A DNA stretch of 64,000 bases from a virus (taxonomy: Duplodnaviria > Caudoviricetes). Position numbers and translations under genes: made by a program. Of the stretch, positions 9,604-18,988 are shown one piece after another; position 1 is the stretch's first letter; the number at the start of each line of letters is the position of its first letter. The DNA is taken from positions 42,088 through 106,087 of IMG/VR virus record IMGVR_UViG_3300028797_000128. The stretch is one strand, 5' to 3'. The notes below the pieces were generated by a model that did no database searches, had not been told where the DNA came from, and saw only the letters and a program-made list of their open reading frames with translations.

Positions 9604-10572
9604 TTGAAGAAATTCACGACTGAGCAATACTGTCGTATCTTCGAGGTTTGCAATAGTAAGCCAAAGGATAGGACTTGGGACGATGTAGCGATACAACTCA
9701 ATTCTGAGTTCAATAGTGATGTAAGTTCCAGTGCATATAGGAAGTGTTACCAATATTATACTTTAATGAATAACGCTCTCAAAGCAAAAGGTGATACCTC
9801 TGTAGCAACTCGCATACTTAGCATATCGGACACACACGTTCCTTTTGAACTGCCGATAGAGATGTTATCAGCCTATAAAGGCAGAGTTGATATACTTCAA
9901 CTTAATGGCGACATCTGTGATTGTCAGGCTATTTCAAAATTCAATAAGGTTTATCGTGTGTCCCCTATGGAAGAAATTATTAAGGCTCGTAAATATGTGA
10001 TTGATATGATTGAATATTTGCAACCCAAGAAAGTGGTTGTAACATACGGCAATCACGATCTGCGCTTTCAGAACTACATAGCTAAAAATCTTGACAATGA
10101 AATGGCTGAGCTTATGCCGAGAACAAGTCTTGAATTAATCTTTGTAGACGGTTTCTTTCATTATGATAAAAGAGAAGGGACTAAATCTTGGTATACTCCT
10201 ATAAAAGAACTGTTCCCCACTATTGAGATTGACTATACCGATGATTGGTGGGTACAGATTGGCGACACAATATTTGCTCATCCGTCAGCATTTTCATCGG
10301 GAGTTCTCAAGACTGCGGAAAAAGCGATGTATTTCTTCAGGAATGAAGGTATGCAGTTTATGGAACTCGTAATGGCTCATACTCATAGAGTTGGTGAGTA
10401 TTACATCGGTAACACAAGAATAATTGAACAGGGTGCGTTTAGTGACGTATCTAAGAACAATTATAATAACGGTCAGCTTTATAATTCTCAGAAAGAGGGT
10501 TTTGTGTATCTGTGTCAGGATATAAACGGCAAAACTATGCGTGAGAAAACAGAGTTGGTCGCACTGAATTAA
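9604..10572 (+). CDS. Calcineurin-like metallophosphoesterase
   Basis: SDTH, NGD, GNHD, AHTH motifs; AAGGAGG SD with TTG start. Confidence 0.85.
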   Translation: MKKFTTEQYCRIFEVCNSKPKDRTWDDVAIQLNSEFNSDVSSSAYRKCYQYYTLMNNALKAKGDTSVATRILSISDTHVPFELPIEMLSAYKGRVDILQLNGDICDCQAISKFNKVYRVSPMEEIIKARKYVIDMIEYLQPKKVVVTYGNHDLRFQNYIAKNLDNEMAELMPRTSLELIFVDGFFHYDKREGTKSWYTPIKELFPTIEIDYTDDWWVQIGDTIFAHPSAFSSGVLKTAEKAMYFFRNEGMQFMELVMAHTHRVGEYYIGNTRIIEQGAFSDVSKNNYNNGQLYNSQKEGFVYLCQDINGKTMREKTELVALN

Positions 10573-10661
10573 GCAAGATTGGTCTTTCTGTGTGAAAGAT
10601 AAGTAGAATTACAGGGTTGTCCCCTATCTACGCCTTTCTATTTTAAAGGAAAGAGGATAAT

Positions 10662-11408
10662 ATGTCTTGTGGAATTTATTGTATTGAAAACAAAGTGAAT
10701 GGCAAAAGGTATGTTGGGTTAAGTCGTAATATTGAAATCAGATGGAAATCACATAAAAACAGACTTAATTCAGGAAATCATATTAATACTCATTTACAAG
10801 CGGCTTGGAATAAATATGGTGAAAGTAATTTTGATTTTATTATTATAGAATTATGTTCCGATGATGTCATAAAAGATAGGGAAATTTATTATATTTCTTT
10901 ATACAAAACGCAAGATAATCGTTTCGGATATAATCAAACCGCTGGCGGTGATGGTATAAAAAATTTAAATGAGGATTGTGCAGACAAAATTTCTTTAGGC
11001 GAAACACTTTACCCAGTGGTTAAATTAGATTTTGATGGCAACTACATATGCGAATATAGAAATTGTAGATTTGCAGCGGAAGATACTGGATTGTTTACTG
11101 AAAATATAAGATATTGTTGCGATAAAAAAGGTAAACGCAAAACTACTGGTGGATATATTTGGATGTATAAATCTGATTATGAACAAAACGGGTGCGATGT
11201 AGAATACTATAAAATTTTAAAAAGAGGAACGCCTGTTAGTCAATTTACAAAAGACGGGCAATATATTGCAACATACATATCAATGCATGAAGCGGAAAGA
11301 CAAACAGGATGTCCATTTAAAAACATATCTGCGGTTTGTAATGGGACAAAACATACTTGCATGGGGTATGTATGGAAATTCGCAGATGAAAGCATACTAT
11401 TAAATTGA
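10662..11408 (+). CDS. GIY-YIG homing endonuclease with NUMOD1-like repeats
   Basis: GIYCI...YVG, GYNQTAGG, two ...GYIW/GYVW repeats. Confidence 0.9.
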   Translation: MSCGIYCIENKVNGKRYVGLSRNIEIRWKSHKNRLNSGNHINTHLQAAWNKYGESNFDFIIIELCSDDVIKDREIYYISLYKTQDNRFGYNQTAGGDGIKNLNEDCADKISLGETLYPVVKLDFDGNYICEYRNCRFAAEDTGLFTENIRYCCDKKGKRKTTGGYIWMYKSDYEQNGCDVEYYKILKRGTPVSQFTKDGQYIATYISMHEAERQTGCPFKNISAVCNGTKHTCMGYVWKFADESILLN

Positions 11409-11429
11409 ATTAAAAGGAGAGTATCTTAA

Positions 11430-11852
11430 GTGATTATATCTGAATCTGTTTGCAAGAAATATGATAGATACGAGGATTTTACATCTGAGTTTGTGCGCAC
11501 CGCTATGGAGAATGGAGTTACGTTCCTCATAGTGAATTGGCAGGATGCGCTTGGCGTGTGTCAGCTGCTTAACGCCTTTACCATTAATGGAAATAGCATT
11601 GCTATGCGTGGCGAGTTCACAGATGAGGCTTATGCAGATATTCAGTGTGTTAAAGAATACGATGGCAACACGCTAATAACATTATTTGATAATGGCGAGA
11701 TGATTTGCGAAAAGGCTCTGAATGATGAAACCGCATATGTGGATGACGCTATGTATTTTGTTGAATACAGTGCAAAAGAAGTAGTTCTGCCTTTACACGC
11801 AAAGGTTGTACCTTTCAAGATCGAAACTCAGATTTTTGAGAACGTATTTTGA
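11430..11852 (+). CDS. Hypothetical protein
   Basis: AAGGAG SD with GTG start. Confidence 0.7.
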   Translation: MIISESVCKKYDRYEDFTSEFVRTAMENGVTFLIVNWQDALGVCQLLNAFTINGNSIAMRGEFTDEAYADIQCVKEYDGNTLITLFDNGEMICEKALNDETAYVDDAMYFVEYSAKEVVLPLHAKVVPFKIETQIFENVF

Positions 11853-11874
11853 TTATATAGTCGCAAGTCGGCTT

Positions 11875-12230
11875 ATAATTCTCGCCTAAAGCTGTGGCGA
11901 GTAACTAAATGACGGAACGGGGCATAGATTAAGCCCCGTATGTGGAAAGCAACTGCAATGATGTTGTAATCTGCACCAAAGCAAATCTCGGAGAACAACT
12001 TCACGGTTAAACTGTTGTCGCAAAATCCGAGGTTTTATGTACCTACCACGCCTCTGTTGTAAGCGTACCACGGTGGGTCTTTAAGACAAAGCTCTTTACG
12101 AGCACTTATTAGGAAAGAGTTTTCAAGCATCTCTTGCATTGTGGTGTCTGTGCGCACAGGTATCGCTTTGATTTTCGTGCTTGAATGCTGCGCATTATGG
12201 GATTTAGAGCACAATCTAAACTTGCGCATT
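11875..12230 (+). ncRNA. Candidate structured ncRNA (about 350 nt)
   Basis: No credible ORF; at least 8 consecutive stems; abuts the tRNA. Confidence 0.45.
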
Positions 12231-12232
12231 AT

Positions 12233-12306
12233 GGCAGTTTGGTGAAATGGTATCATATAAGGTTCATACCCTTATGTTCCAAGTTCGACTCTTGGGGCTG
12301 CAACCA
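12233..12306 (+). tRNA. tRNA with CAT anticodon (Met/fMet or Ile2), encoded CCA
   Basis: Cloverleaf: GCAGTT/GGCTGC acceptor, GTGA/TCAT D stem, TAAGG-TTCATAC-CCTTA anticodon arm, CCAAG-TTCGACT-CTTGG T arm, ACCA end. Confidence 0.92.
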
Positions 12307-12331
12307 AGCGTATCTTCAACGCTATAAGCAT

Positions 12332-12432
12332 TAAAGGCAGATAGAGAGAACCGATCATTCTCTTGACAAGTGTCACCATTCACTTCTGCCTTTACAAGTT
12401 TAAAATGGTGAGATTGGAAATGGTGCATATGA
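12332..12432 (+). promoter_or_regulatory. Three-way-junction RNA leader with a loop complementary to the SD region
   Basis: P1 taaaggcag/ctgccttta, P2 agagaa/ttctct, P3 aagtg/cactt; loop tcaccatt complementary to aatggtga 12404-12411. Confidence 0.55.
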
Positions 12433-13323
12433 ATGTTAGATGTGAGGACACAAGATGTTACGATTATAAGTAATTCTACGGGTGAAGATATTACGGAGCA
12501 GTATGCGTTGTTAATGACGCAAGATGAGAAAGAAAGAAAAGATAAACAACAAAAAGAAAGAGATAAAAAGACTTATAAAAGATTATGCCAAAACGAAAGA
12601 GGGTATTTTACTATGATGCTCTACGAGATGAAAAAGGCTTTGGAATTAGGTGTTTCTCAACCGAATGTGACACGATTAATGTATCTCGCAACATACATGG
12701 ATTATGATAATATTTTAAGAGCTGGAAATAATACCTTGATGACTAAAAGAAGTATGCAAAAATGTTTGAGATTAAAAGAAGATACTTTTAGAAACTTTTA
12801 TAAGGATTGTATAGATGCAAAACTTATTCAATACAAAGAAGATAAGTATTTTTTGAATCAGTCTATTTTCAAGCGTGGTCGTATAACGCAAGAACAAGCT
12901 AAGAACGACAACACAATGTTCTTGTATCATAAAGGCATTAGAGAAATTTACGAGAATAGCAAGATTTCAGAGCATAAGATTTTAGGCTATGTATTCTTAG
13001 TAATGCCTTATGTTAATCAAACTTTCAACGTCATTTGTAAAAACCCTAAAGAGGAATCATTTCAAGAAATGGAATGTTTAGATTGGAATGATGTTGGAGA
13101 TATACTTCAAATAAATGCTATTCGTAATTTAAAAATGAAATTCAAAAGATTCACTGTTGGTGGACAATATGTTTTTGTTGACGCATCTACTGATAGTAAA
13201 TCCTTTATATTTGTGAATCCTCAAATTTATTATACTGGCAAAAATTGGGAACAGGTAGAATGGATAGAAGGGGTTTGTTCTTCGTCTCAGTTGGAACGGA
13301 AGGGCGAAATTCACAGCACATAA
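12433..13323 (+). CDS. Putative DNA-binding protein, probably two winged-helix-like (RepL-like) domains
   Basis: RLMYLATY, YFLNQSIF and FVNPQIYYTG resemble RepL-type wing motifs; low certainty. Confidence 0.45.
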   Translation: MLDVRTQDVTIISNSTGEDITEQYALLMTQDEKERKDKQQKERDKKTYKRLCQNERGYFTMMLYEMKKALELGVSQPNVTRLMYLATYMDYDNILRAGNNTLMTKRSMQKCLRLKEDTFRNFYKDCIDAKLIQYKEDKYFLNQSIFKRGRITQEQAKNDNTMFLYHKGIREIYENSKISEHKILGYVFLVMPYVNQTFNVICKNPKEESFQEMECLDWNDVGDILQINAIRNLKMKFKRFTVGGQYVFVDASTDSKSFIFVNPQIYYTGKNWEQVEWIEGVCSSSQLERKGEIHST

Positions 13324-13437
13324 GCTATACGTTGATATATAGGCAAATACAAAGATTTTTGCAAACCGAAAAAAGTCAACATAATGACATACTTTTTCGG
13401 AAAATAATTAACAAAACGAGCGTAAGGAGATGATTGA

Positions 13438-14466
13438 ATGGAAGGCAGATCGACGGTCTATAATAAGATTACAAGTGATGAAAAGATTAAGCAGATCAAC
13501 CCCGAAAACGCTCAGTTGAGCAAAGACTTTCTTGATTACCTTGCTTCAATTGACAGAAGTCCTAAGACTATTTTTGCATATAATTCTGACCTTGAAATAT
13601 TCTTTGTTTGGAACTTAGAAGAAAATGCCAACAAGGATTTTATAAAGATTAGTAAACGTGACTTTGCGAGATTTCAGAATCACGCTCTCAATGTGTGGAA
13701 ATGGAGTCCTCGTAGGATAAGGCGAGTTAAATCTACAATTTCTTCTCTTAGCAACTATATCATGAATATGCTCGACGAAGAAGAAGGGTATGAAGATTAT
13801 CGCAGTATTATTAAGAAGATTGAATCTCCCGCAAATGAGGCTGTTAGAGAAAAGACTGTGCTTTCTACAGAACAGGTGCAGAGGTTGCTTGATGAACTTG
13901 TAAAGCGTGAAGAATACGATAGAGCTGTTTGTATTGCAATTCTCGCTTATTCGGGTATGCGTAAGGCGGAACTGCTTCAAATGAAAATGGAATACTTTAA
14001 CGCAGACCACTTAGAGTTTGGCTGCCTTTATAAAACAGATAAGGTGAGAGCCAAAGGTTGTGGTGTGCGCGGCAAACAGATAAACAAGTATGTAATGAAT
14101 AAAGTTGATACCTATATGGATTTATGGCGCAAGAAGCGTGAAGAATTAGGTATTGACAGCGAGTGGGTTCTTGTTATAAAGCGTGGTGACGTTTGGGAGC
14201 AGAGAACGGATATTGAGAGTTGGAAAGATGAGTTTACTCAGATTCTCGGTTGCCCGTTCTATTTTCATGCCCTTAGGCACGCATTGTGTACTGAGCTTGT
14301 TCAAATGAACATACCGTCAGAAGTTATAAAAGAATTTTTCAAATGGGAGTCTGTAGAAATGATTAGCCATTACAATGATGCTTCTGCGGCTGATGACTTT
14401 GGTAAATACTTTAGTGCAGATGGCATTATACAGCAAGAAAATAAGGGTATTGCTGATATAAAATAG
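13438..14466 (+). CDS. Tyrosine recombinase
   Basis: SGMRKAEL, HALRH, C-terminal HY catalytic Tyr. Confidence 0.92.
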   Translation: MEGRSTVYNKITSDEKIKQINPENAQLSKDFLDYLASIDRSPKTIFAYNSDLEIFFVWNLEENANKDFIKISKRDFARFQNHALNVWKWSPRRIRRVKSTISSLSNYIMNMLDEEEGYEDYRSIIKKIESPANEAVREKTVLSTEQVQRLLDELVKREEYDRAVCIAILAYSGMRKAELLQMKMEYFNADHLEFGCLYKTDKVRAKGCGVRGKQINKYVMNKVDTYMDLWRKKREELGIDSEWVLVIKRGDVWEQRTDIESWKDEFTQILGCPFYFHALRHALCTELVQMNIPSEVIKEFFKWESVEMISHYNDASAADDFGKYFSADGIIQQENKGIADIK

Positions 14467-14590
14467 AACCCACATTTTATTAGAAATCTACAAATCATAT
14501 ATTCCTCCTTGCCCTCTTTGAGAGGGCTTTTGTGTTGTCTGACTGCGATGATGTTGGACGGCGCACCAATACTATGAAAAGAGGAAAGAT

Positions 14591-14782
14591 ATGCCAATAT
14601 ATAATTATGTTTGCCCAAACTGCGATAATAAGTTTGAGACAGACAAGAAAATAAGTGAGTATAATCCTCATGAATTATGCCCTAAATGTGGAGAACCTGC
14701 AAATAGGAATATGACCAAGAACTATTGCAATGGCAACTACGTTGTGAAATGCGATGGGTTCTATGGAAAAACATCAAAGTGA
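14591..14782 (+). CDS. FmdB-family Zn-ribbon protein
   Basis: MPIYNYVCPNC...CPKCG...GFY. Confidence 0.85.
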   Translation: MPIYNYVCPNCDNKFETDKKISEYNPHELCPKCGEPANRNMTKNYCNGNYVVKCDGFYGKTSK

Positions 14783-14886
14783 ATAACAATATATGGGAGT
14801 AGCTACCCATATATGAGGGCGGTTTTCTATCCTGCCGCCCTCTGTTATTTATAAATATAAAAGAAGGATAGAGAGAGGATAGAACA
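14782..14886 (+). promoter_or_regulatory. Three-way-junction RNA leader with a loop complementary to the SD
   Basis: P1 aataaca/tgttatt, P2 atatatggg/cccatatat, P3 gagggcgg/ccgccctc; loop ttctatcct complementary to aggatagaa 14876-14884. Confidence 0.6.
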
Positions 14887-16209
14887 ATGTTAATTACGAC
14901 AGAAGTCCAAGTGGTAGTAGCCAGTCGCACTCTATATTTTTATCGTAATCTTGGCTACGATTGTAAGATAGGCGACACAATTACCGTCCCGGTAGAAAAG
15001 ACTCATAATGGGTGTAACGAGAAGATTTGGTATAAATGTGACATTTGCAATAAGCAAAAACAAGTATCATTAAAATCGTTTAAGGCAACGCGGGGTTTCG
15101 ATGAACCTATGTATTGCGTAGAATGCGCAAATCTTTTACGGTGTGGCAAGTCAATTGATGATATTCGGGAATATATTAGTTTAAAAGCAAGAGATGGATA
15201 TAGAATATGCAAAAAATGTAACAGAGAATTACCTCTTGATATAAAATATTTCAATCCCGATGTAATGTGTGCAGACGGTTTACGGTTTGTTTGCAGAGAA
15301 TGTTCTGGTGATCCATTCAAAACACATGAAGATGATTGGAGTAGAGAGTGGACTGATGATGAATTGTCCTTGCTTAAACAACATTACGCAGATTGCACCA
15401 CTAAAGAATTACAGGAGAAATTCTTTCCAGATAGAAGCATTCGTGGAATCCGATGTATGGGAAACAAATTGCATATTGCAAAAAGTGAAATAGCTAAAAC
15501 CAAAAGCAATGAAAGCAGAGCAAATCTATGTCGGGAGGCATTTACTGGTAGAAAATTAAGTGATTCAGCAAAAGAAAAATTGTCTGTTAAAGCAAGGGAA
15601 AGGTATGAAAAATATGGGAGTCCATTAAAGGGTAGACCTTTTACTTTGACTCACAAACAAAACATAAGTAAAGGGCTTAAAGAGTCTGGAAGATGGAAGG
15701 GCGAAAATAACCCTCGTTATGCTAATCCTTTATGCGGAAAAGACAACCCTAATTGGAAGGGTGGTTTAACGCCATTATATCAAGAATTGAGAAGTGACAC
15801 GAGAGATTGGTTTGTCGAATCTGGAGAATTGTCGAATTTTAAATGTGTTATAAGCGGATTAAAATTAGACAATGTTCATCACTTGATACCGTTTAAAGAT
15901 ATTGTAAAAGAGGTCTTTGATGTTTTAAATCTTGAATTTAAAGACAGTATTGCTGATTATACCGCCACTGAAGAAAGTCAAATAAGAAATCTTCTAAAAG
16001 AACTACATATACAATATGGATTAGGAGTAGGACTGAATAAGGAGGTTCACAAATTATTTCATGATAATTATGGGTATAGCAATGTCACTAAAGAGGATTT
16101 TAAATCTTTTTTGATTGGAATACAAAACGGTGTGTATGATGAATATTTTGCGGAACATAATTTGCCTATTATGTTAAACGTGTCTGCGATAGACGTATTA
16201 TTAAATTAA
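14887..16209 (+). CDS. Multi-domain HNH-like homing endonuclease (Zn fingers, Myb-like HTH, NUMOD3-like)
   Basis: Several CxxC pairs, WTDDEL, NPNWKGG, VHHLIPF...VHKLFH. Confidence 0.7.
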   Translation: MLITTEVQVVVASRTLYFYRNLGYDCKIGDTITVPVEKTHNGCNEKIWYKCDICNKQKQVSLKSFKATRGFDEPMYCVECANLLRCGKSIDDIREYISLKARDGYRICKKCNRELPLDIKYFNPDVMCADGLRFVCRECSGDPFKTHEDDWSREWTDDELSLLKQHYADCTTKELQEKFFPDRSIRGIRCMGNKLHIAKSEIAKTKSNESRANLCREAFTGRKLSDSAKEKLSVKARERYEKYGSPLKGRPFTLTHKQNISKGLKESGRWKGENNPRYANPLCGKDNPNWKGGLTPLYQELRSDTRDWFVESGELSNFKCVISGLKLDNVHHLIPFKDIVKEVFDVLNLEFKDSIADYTATEESQIRNLLKELHIQYGLGVGLNKEVHKLFHDNYGYSNVTKEDFKSFLIGIQNGVYDEYFAEHNLPIMLNVSAIDVLLN

Positions 16210-16223
16210 GGAGGAATGGTGCG

Positions 16224-17330
16224 ATGCCACAAAAGAAGCGAAAGAAAGCTCCTCGTGCAGCGCAAAAGAAAATTTGCACTTGTTGTGGCAAGGAGTTGTC
16301 GTTAATTAATTTTTATACGGCATCTAACCCGCTAACATCGAGTGATGGCGAGAGAGTGAACGTTTGCAAAAATTGTGTTAAGAAAGAGTCTTTGAATGAA
16401 GATGGCTCATTGAATATGGAAAAATTCAAGCAAATGTTAATGTTAATGGATAAACCACTTGTCCCACAAGCATTAGATTCTGCAATAGCTGAAACTGATA
16501 AGGCAAAAGAATTGGGAAAAGGACGCACCGATATAATTGGTGTGTACATGAAAAACATTATTACTCTACCCCAGTATTCAAAATTGTCTTTTATGGAGTC
16601 GATGGCTCTCTTAGAAAGTGGGCAGACTGTATCTGCTAATGTGACAACTGCCGAAAGGCGTGTAAGACCAAATCCAAAAGAAGATGTGTATATAAGGCAA
16701 GTTGATGATTTTGTAGTCACTGATGAAATACTTGATCGTTTTGGAGAAGGATATTCTAAGAGCGATTATCGCAAAATGCAGAGAAAGTATGATAAGCTAA
16801 AGCAAAATTATCAGATTTCGACAAATCTGCACGAAGAAGCTTTGGCTACCTATGTAAGATTTAAGGTTAAAGAGGAACAAGCTACTGCAAATGGAGATGT
16901 GGGTGGAGCAGAAAAATGGAATAAGGCAGCTCAAGAAGCTGCGGACAAAGCGAAACTTACCCCTAAGCAATTATCACAAGCGGATTTGCAAGGTGGTATA
17001 ACTGCCATATCTGAAATCTCAAAGGCTGTTGAAGAAGCGGCTGATATTGTAGAGATATTACCGAGATTTAAATATTCTCCTAATGATGCCCCTGATTTTA
17101 TTATTTGGTGTTATGTTAATTTTTGCAGAAAACTCAAAGGACTTCCAGAAGTTGATTATAAGGATGTTTATTCATTTTATGATAAAAAGAAAGAAGAATA
17201 TATTGCTCAATATGGTGATCCTTACAATATTTTTGCAGATGATACCACGGAGAAAAACAGGGGTGCAGTAGAGAAATTCATTAAACTCCCCAAAGATTAT
17301 AATACTGGTGGTGATGATAATGGCGAGTGA
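16224..17330 (+). CDS. YonG-like protein, probable terminase small subunit
   Basis: N-terminal Zn finger; directly upstream of and overlapping the large subunit gene. Confidence 0.55.
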   Translation: MPQKKRKKAPRAAQKKICTCCGKELSLINFYTASNPLTSSDGERVNVCKNCVKKESLNEDGSLNMEKFKQMLMLMDKPLVPQALDSAIAETDKAKELGKGRTDIIGVYMKNIITLPQYSKLSFMESMALLESGQTVSANVTTAERRVRPNPKEDVYIRQVDDFVVTDEILDRFGEGYSKSDYRKMQRKYDKLKQNYQISTNLHEEALATYVRFKVKEEQATANGDVGGAEKWNKAAQEAADKAKLTPKQLSQADLQGGITAISEISKAVEEAADIVEILPRFKYSPNDAPDFIIWCYVNFCRKLKGLPEVDYKDVYSFYDKKKEEYIAQYGDPYNIFADDTTEKNRGAVEKFIKLPKDYNTGGDDNGE

Positions 17331-18975
17331 AAGAATCAAGGCGTTAGCTGACGATACAGTGTTTGGTCGAAATATAGCCAACTACCATGACTTCATTAGC
17401 TTTTGTCGCTGGTATCCTGATTTGATGTTTGATTTGCTTAAACCATCAAAGGGCGGAATAAATCTACATCTTGACCAAAGAATATTTTTAAGGTGTGATG
17501 TAAGATTTTTTAGTATGTATGGCGATTTTAGCCGAGGTTACGGAAAGACCTATGATGAGGTAATGGCGGCTGTTGCGGTTGCGTTATTGTACCCCAATAT
17601 GTCTCTTGCAATTTCTGCACAGACTAAAGAGAACGCAGCAGATCTCTTAACTGATAAGTGGAATGAATTGACTAAGCACTTCCCTTTGTTGGTTAATGAG
17701 CTTTCGGACAAACCAAAGTTTTCGAGGGGTATTGCTGTTATCAAATTCAAAAACGGTTCTGAGATTGATGCTATTGCAAATTCTCAATCAACTAAAGGTC
17801 AAAGACGTAGAAGGTTAAAAATTGAGGAATCTGCTTTACTTAATAATGCGTTGTTTGAAGATGCTCTTGCACCTGTTGTTGAAGTGCCACGTTTAACCGC
17901 TGGAAGATTAAGTGTTCCTGATCCTTGTGAATTAAATCAGCAAATACACTTCTTCACCACAGCGGGATTTAAAGGTAGCGACGAGCATACAAGAATTGTT
18001 ACTATGGTTGACGAGATGGAAAACCTTAAAGGTAAGATTGTTCTTGGAGCGAGTTGGATGTTACCTTGTTGGTATGGGCGTGGTTCAAGCAAGAGTCAAA
18101 TTCTAAACAAGAAGAAAAATATGTCTTTGGTTGCATTTGCACAAAACTATGAACAGGAATGGGTTGGTGCAAGTGACGGTGCGTTAGTGAATATTAATAG
18201 GCTTTTAAATTGCCGAGTAATTCCTCATGTTGTCCCAAACTGCAATAATGAAGATGAAGAATATTATATGGGCGTGGACGTTGCTCGTTCTCAAAAGACA
18301 TCAAACAATCAATCTTCTGTAGTTGTTGGTAGAGTTATACGCAATGCTGATAGATCAAGAATTGTGGCTGTTGATATAGTGAATATTATCAACATACCAA
18401 ATATCTTAAATTTTTCGGCACAGGCAGTTAAGATAAAACAAATCCAAAAGGCGTATAACGCTAAGATGGTTGTTTGTGACGGAAACGGTCTTGGTGCGGG
18501 ATTGATAGATTGTTTATTGATGGAGTCAATTGATCCAATCACTGGTGAAAGTTTAGGCTGTTGGGACACTATAAATGATGACAATGCTCCTGAAATACCC
18601 AACTCTCCGCAAATTGTATATAACTTAAAAGCACAGTCTTGCCAAAACGAAGTTATCACTACGTTTATCGATTATGTTGATAGCGGGAAACTTAAACTTC
18701 TTGAACGTAGACTTGAAAATGATTTCACAGAAAAAGAATGGGAGAATCCAGACGACATGATTCGTCCGTTTGTTGAAACAGATGCTTTTATAGAAGAAGC
18801 TGCTAACTTAAAAATGAAACACTTATCTAATGGTGGCATTACTATTGAGAAGGCTGTAAAGAAAATAGATAAAGACCGTGTTTCGGCTTTAATCTATATG
18901 CTTTGGTATGTAGAAAAATTTGCAAAGGATTTATCTATTGAGACTGAGTATTCAGTTGGAGTGTATGTAAATTAA
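17320..18975 (+). CDS. terL: Terminase large subunit
   Basis: Walker A SRGYGKT, Walker B LKIEES, nuclease GVDVA...CDGNG...KDRVSA. Confidence 0.92.
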   Translation: MASERIKALADDTVFGRNIANYHDFISFCRWYPDLMFDLLKPSKGGINLHLDQRIFLRCDVRFFSMYGDFSRGYGKTYDEVMAAVAVALLYPNMSLAISAQTKENAADLLTDKWNELTKHFPLLVNELSDKPKFSRGIAVIKFKNGSEIDAIANSQSTKGQRRRRLKIEESALLNNALFEDALAPVVEVPRLTAGRLSVPDPCELNQQIHFFTTAGFKGSDEHTRIVTMVDEMENLKGKIVLGASWMLPCWYGRGSSKSQILNKKKNMSLVAFAQNYEQEWVGASDGALVNINRLLNCRVIPHVVPNCNNEDEEYYMGVDVARSQKTSNNQSSVVVGRVIRNADRSRIVAVDIVNIINIPNILNFSAQAVKIKQIQKAYNAKMVVCDGNGLGAGLIDCLLMESIDPITGESLGCWDTINDDNAPEIPNSPQIVYNLKAQSCQNEVITTFIDYVDSGKLKLLERRLENDFTEKEWENPDDMIRPFVETDAFIEEAANLKMKHLSNGGITIEKAVKKIDKDRVSALIYMLWYVEKFAKDLSIETEYSVGVYVN

Positions 18976-18988
18976 CAAGAATTTAGCC

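Noticed and set aside
11875-12230. tmRNA or group I intron
   Set aside because: No tRNA-like ends or tag reading frame seen; no interrupted gene or recognisable P7 core
11886-12256. Minus-strand ORFs of 61 and 73 aa
   Set aside because: No SD, one overlaps the tRNA, and they oppose the operon; better explained as structured RNA
12307-12400. Theta/HDV-like or hammerhead ribozyme after the tRNA
   Set aside because: I could not find the nested double pseudoknot or a CUGANGA/GAAA core, only a small hairpin and the three-way junction
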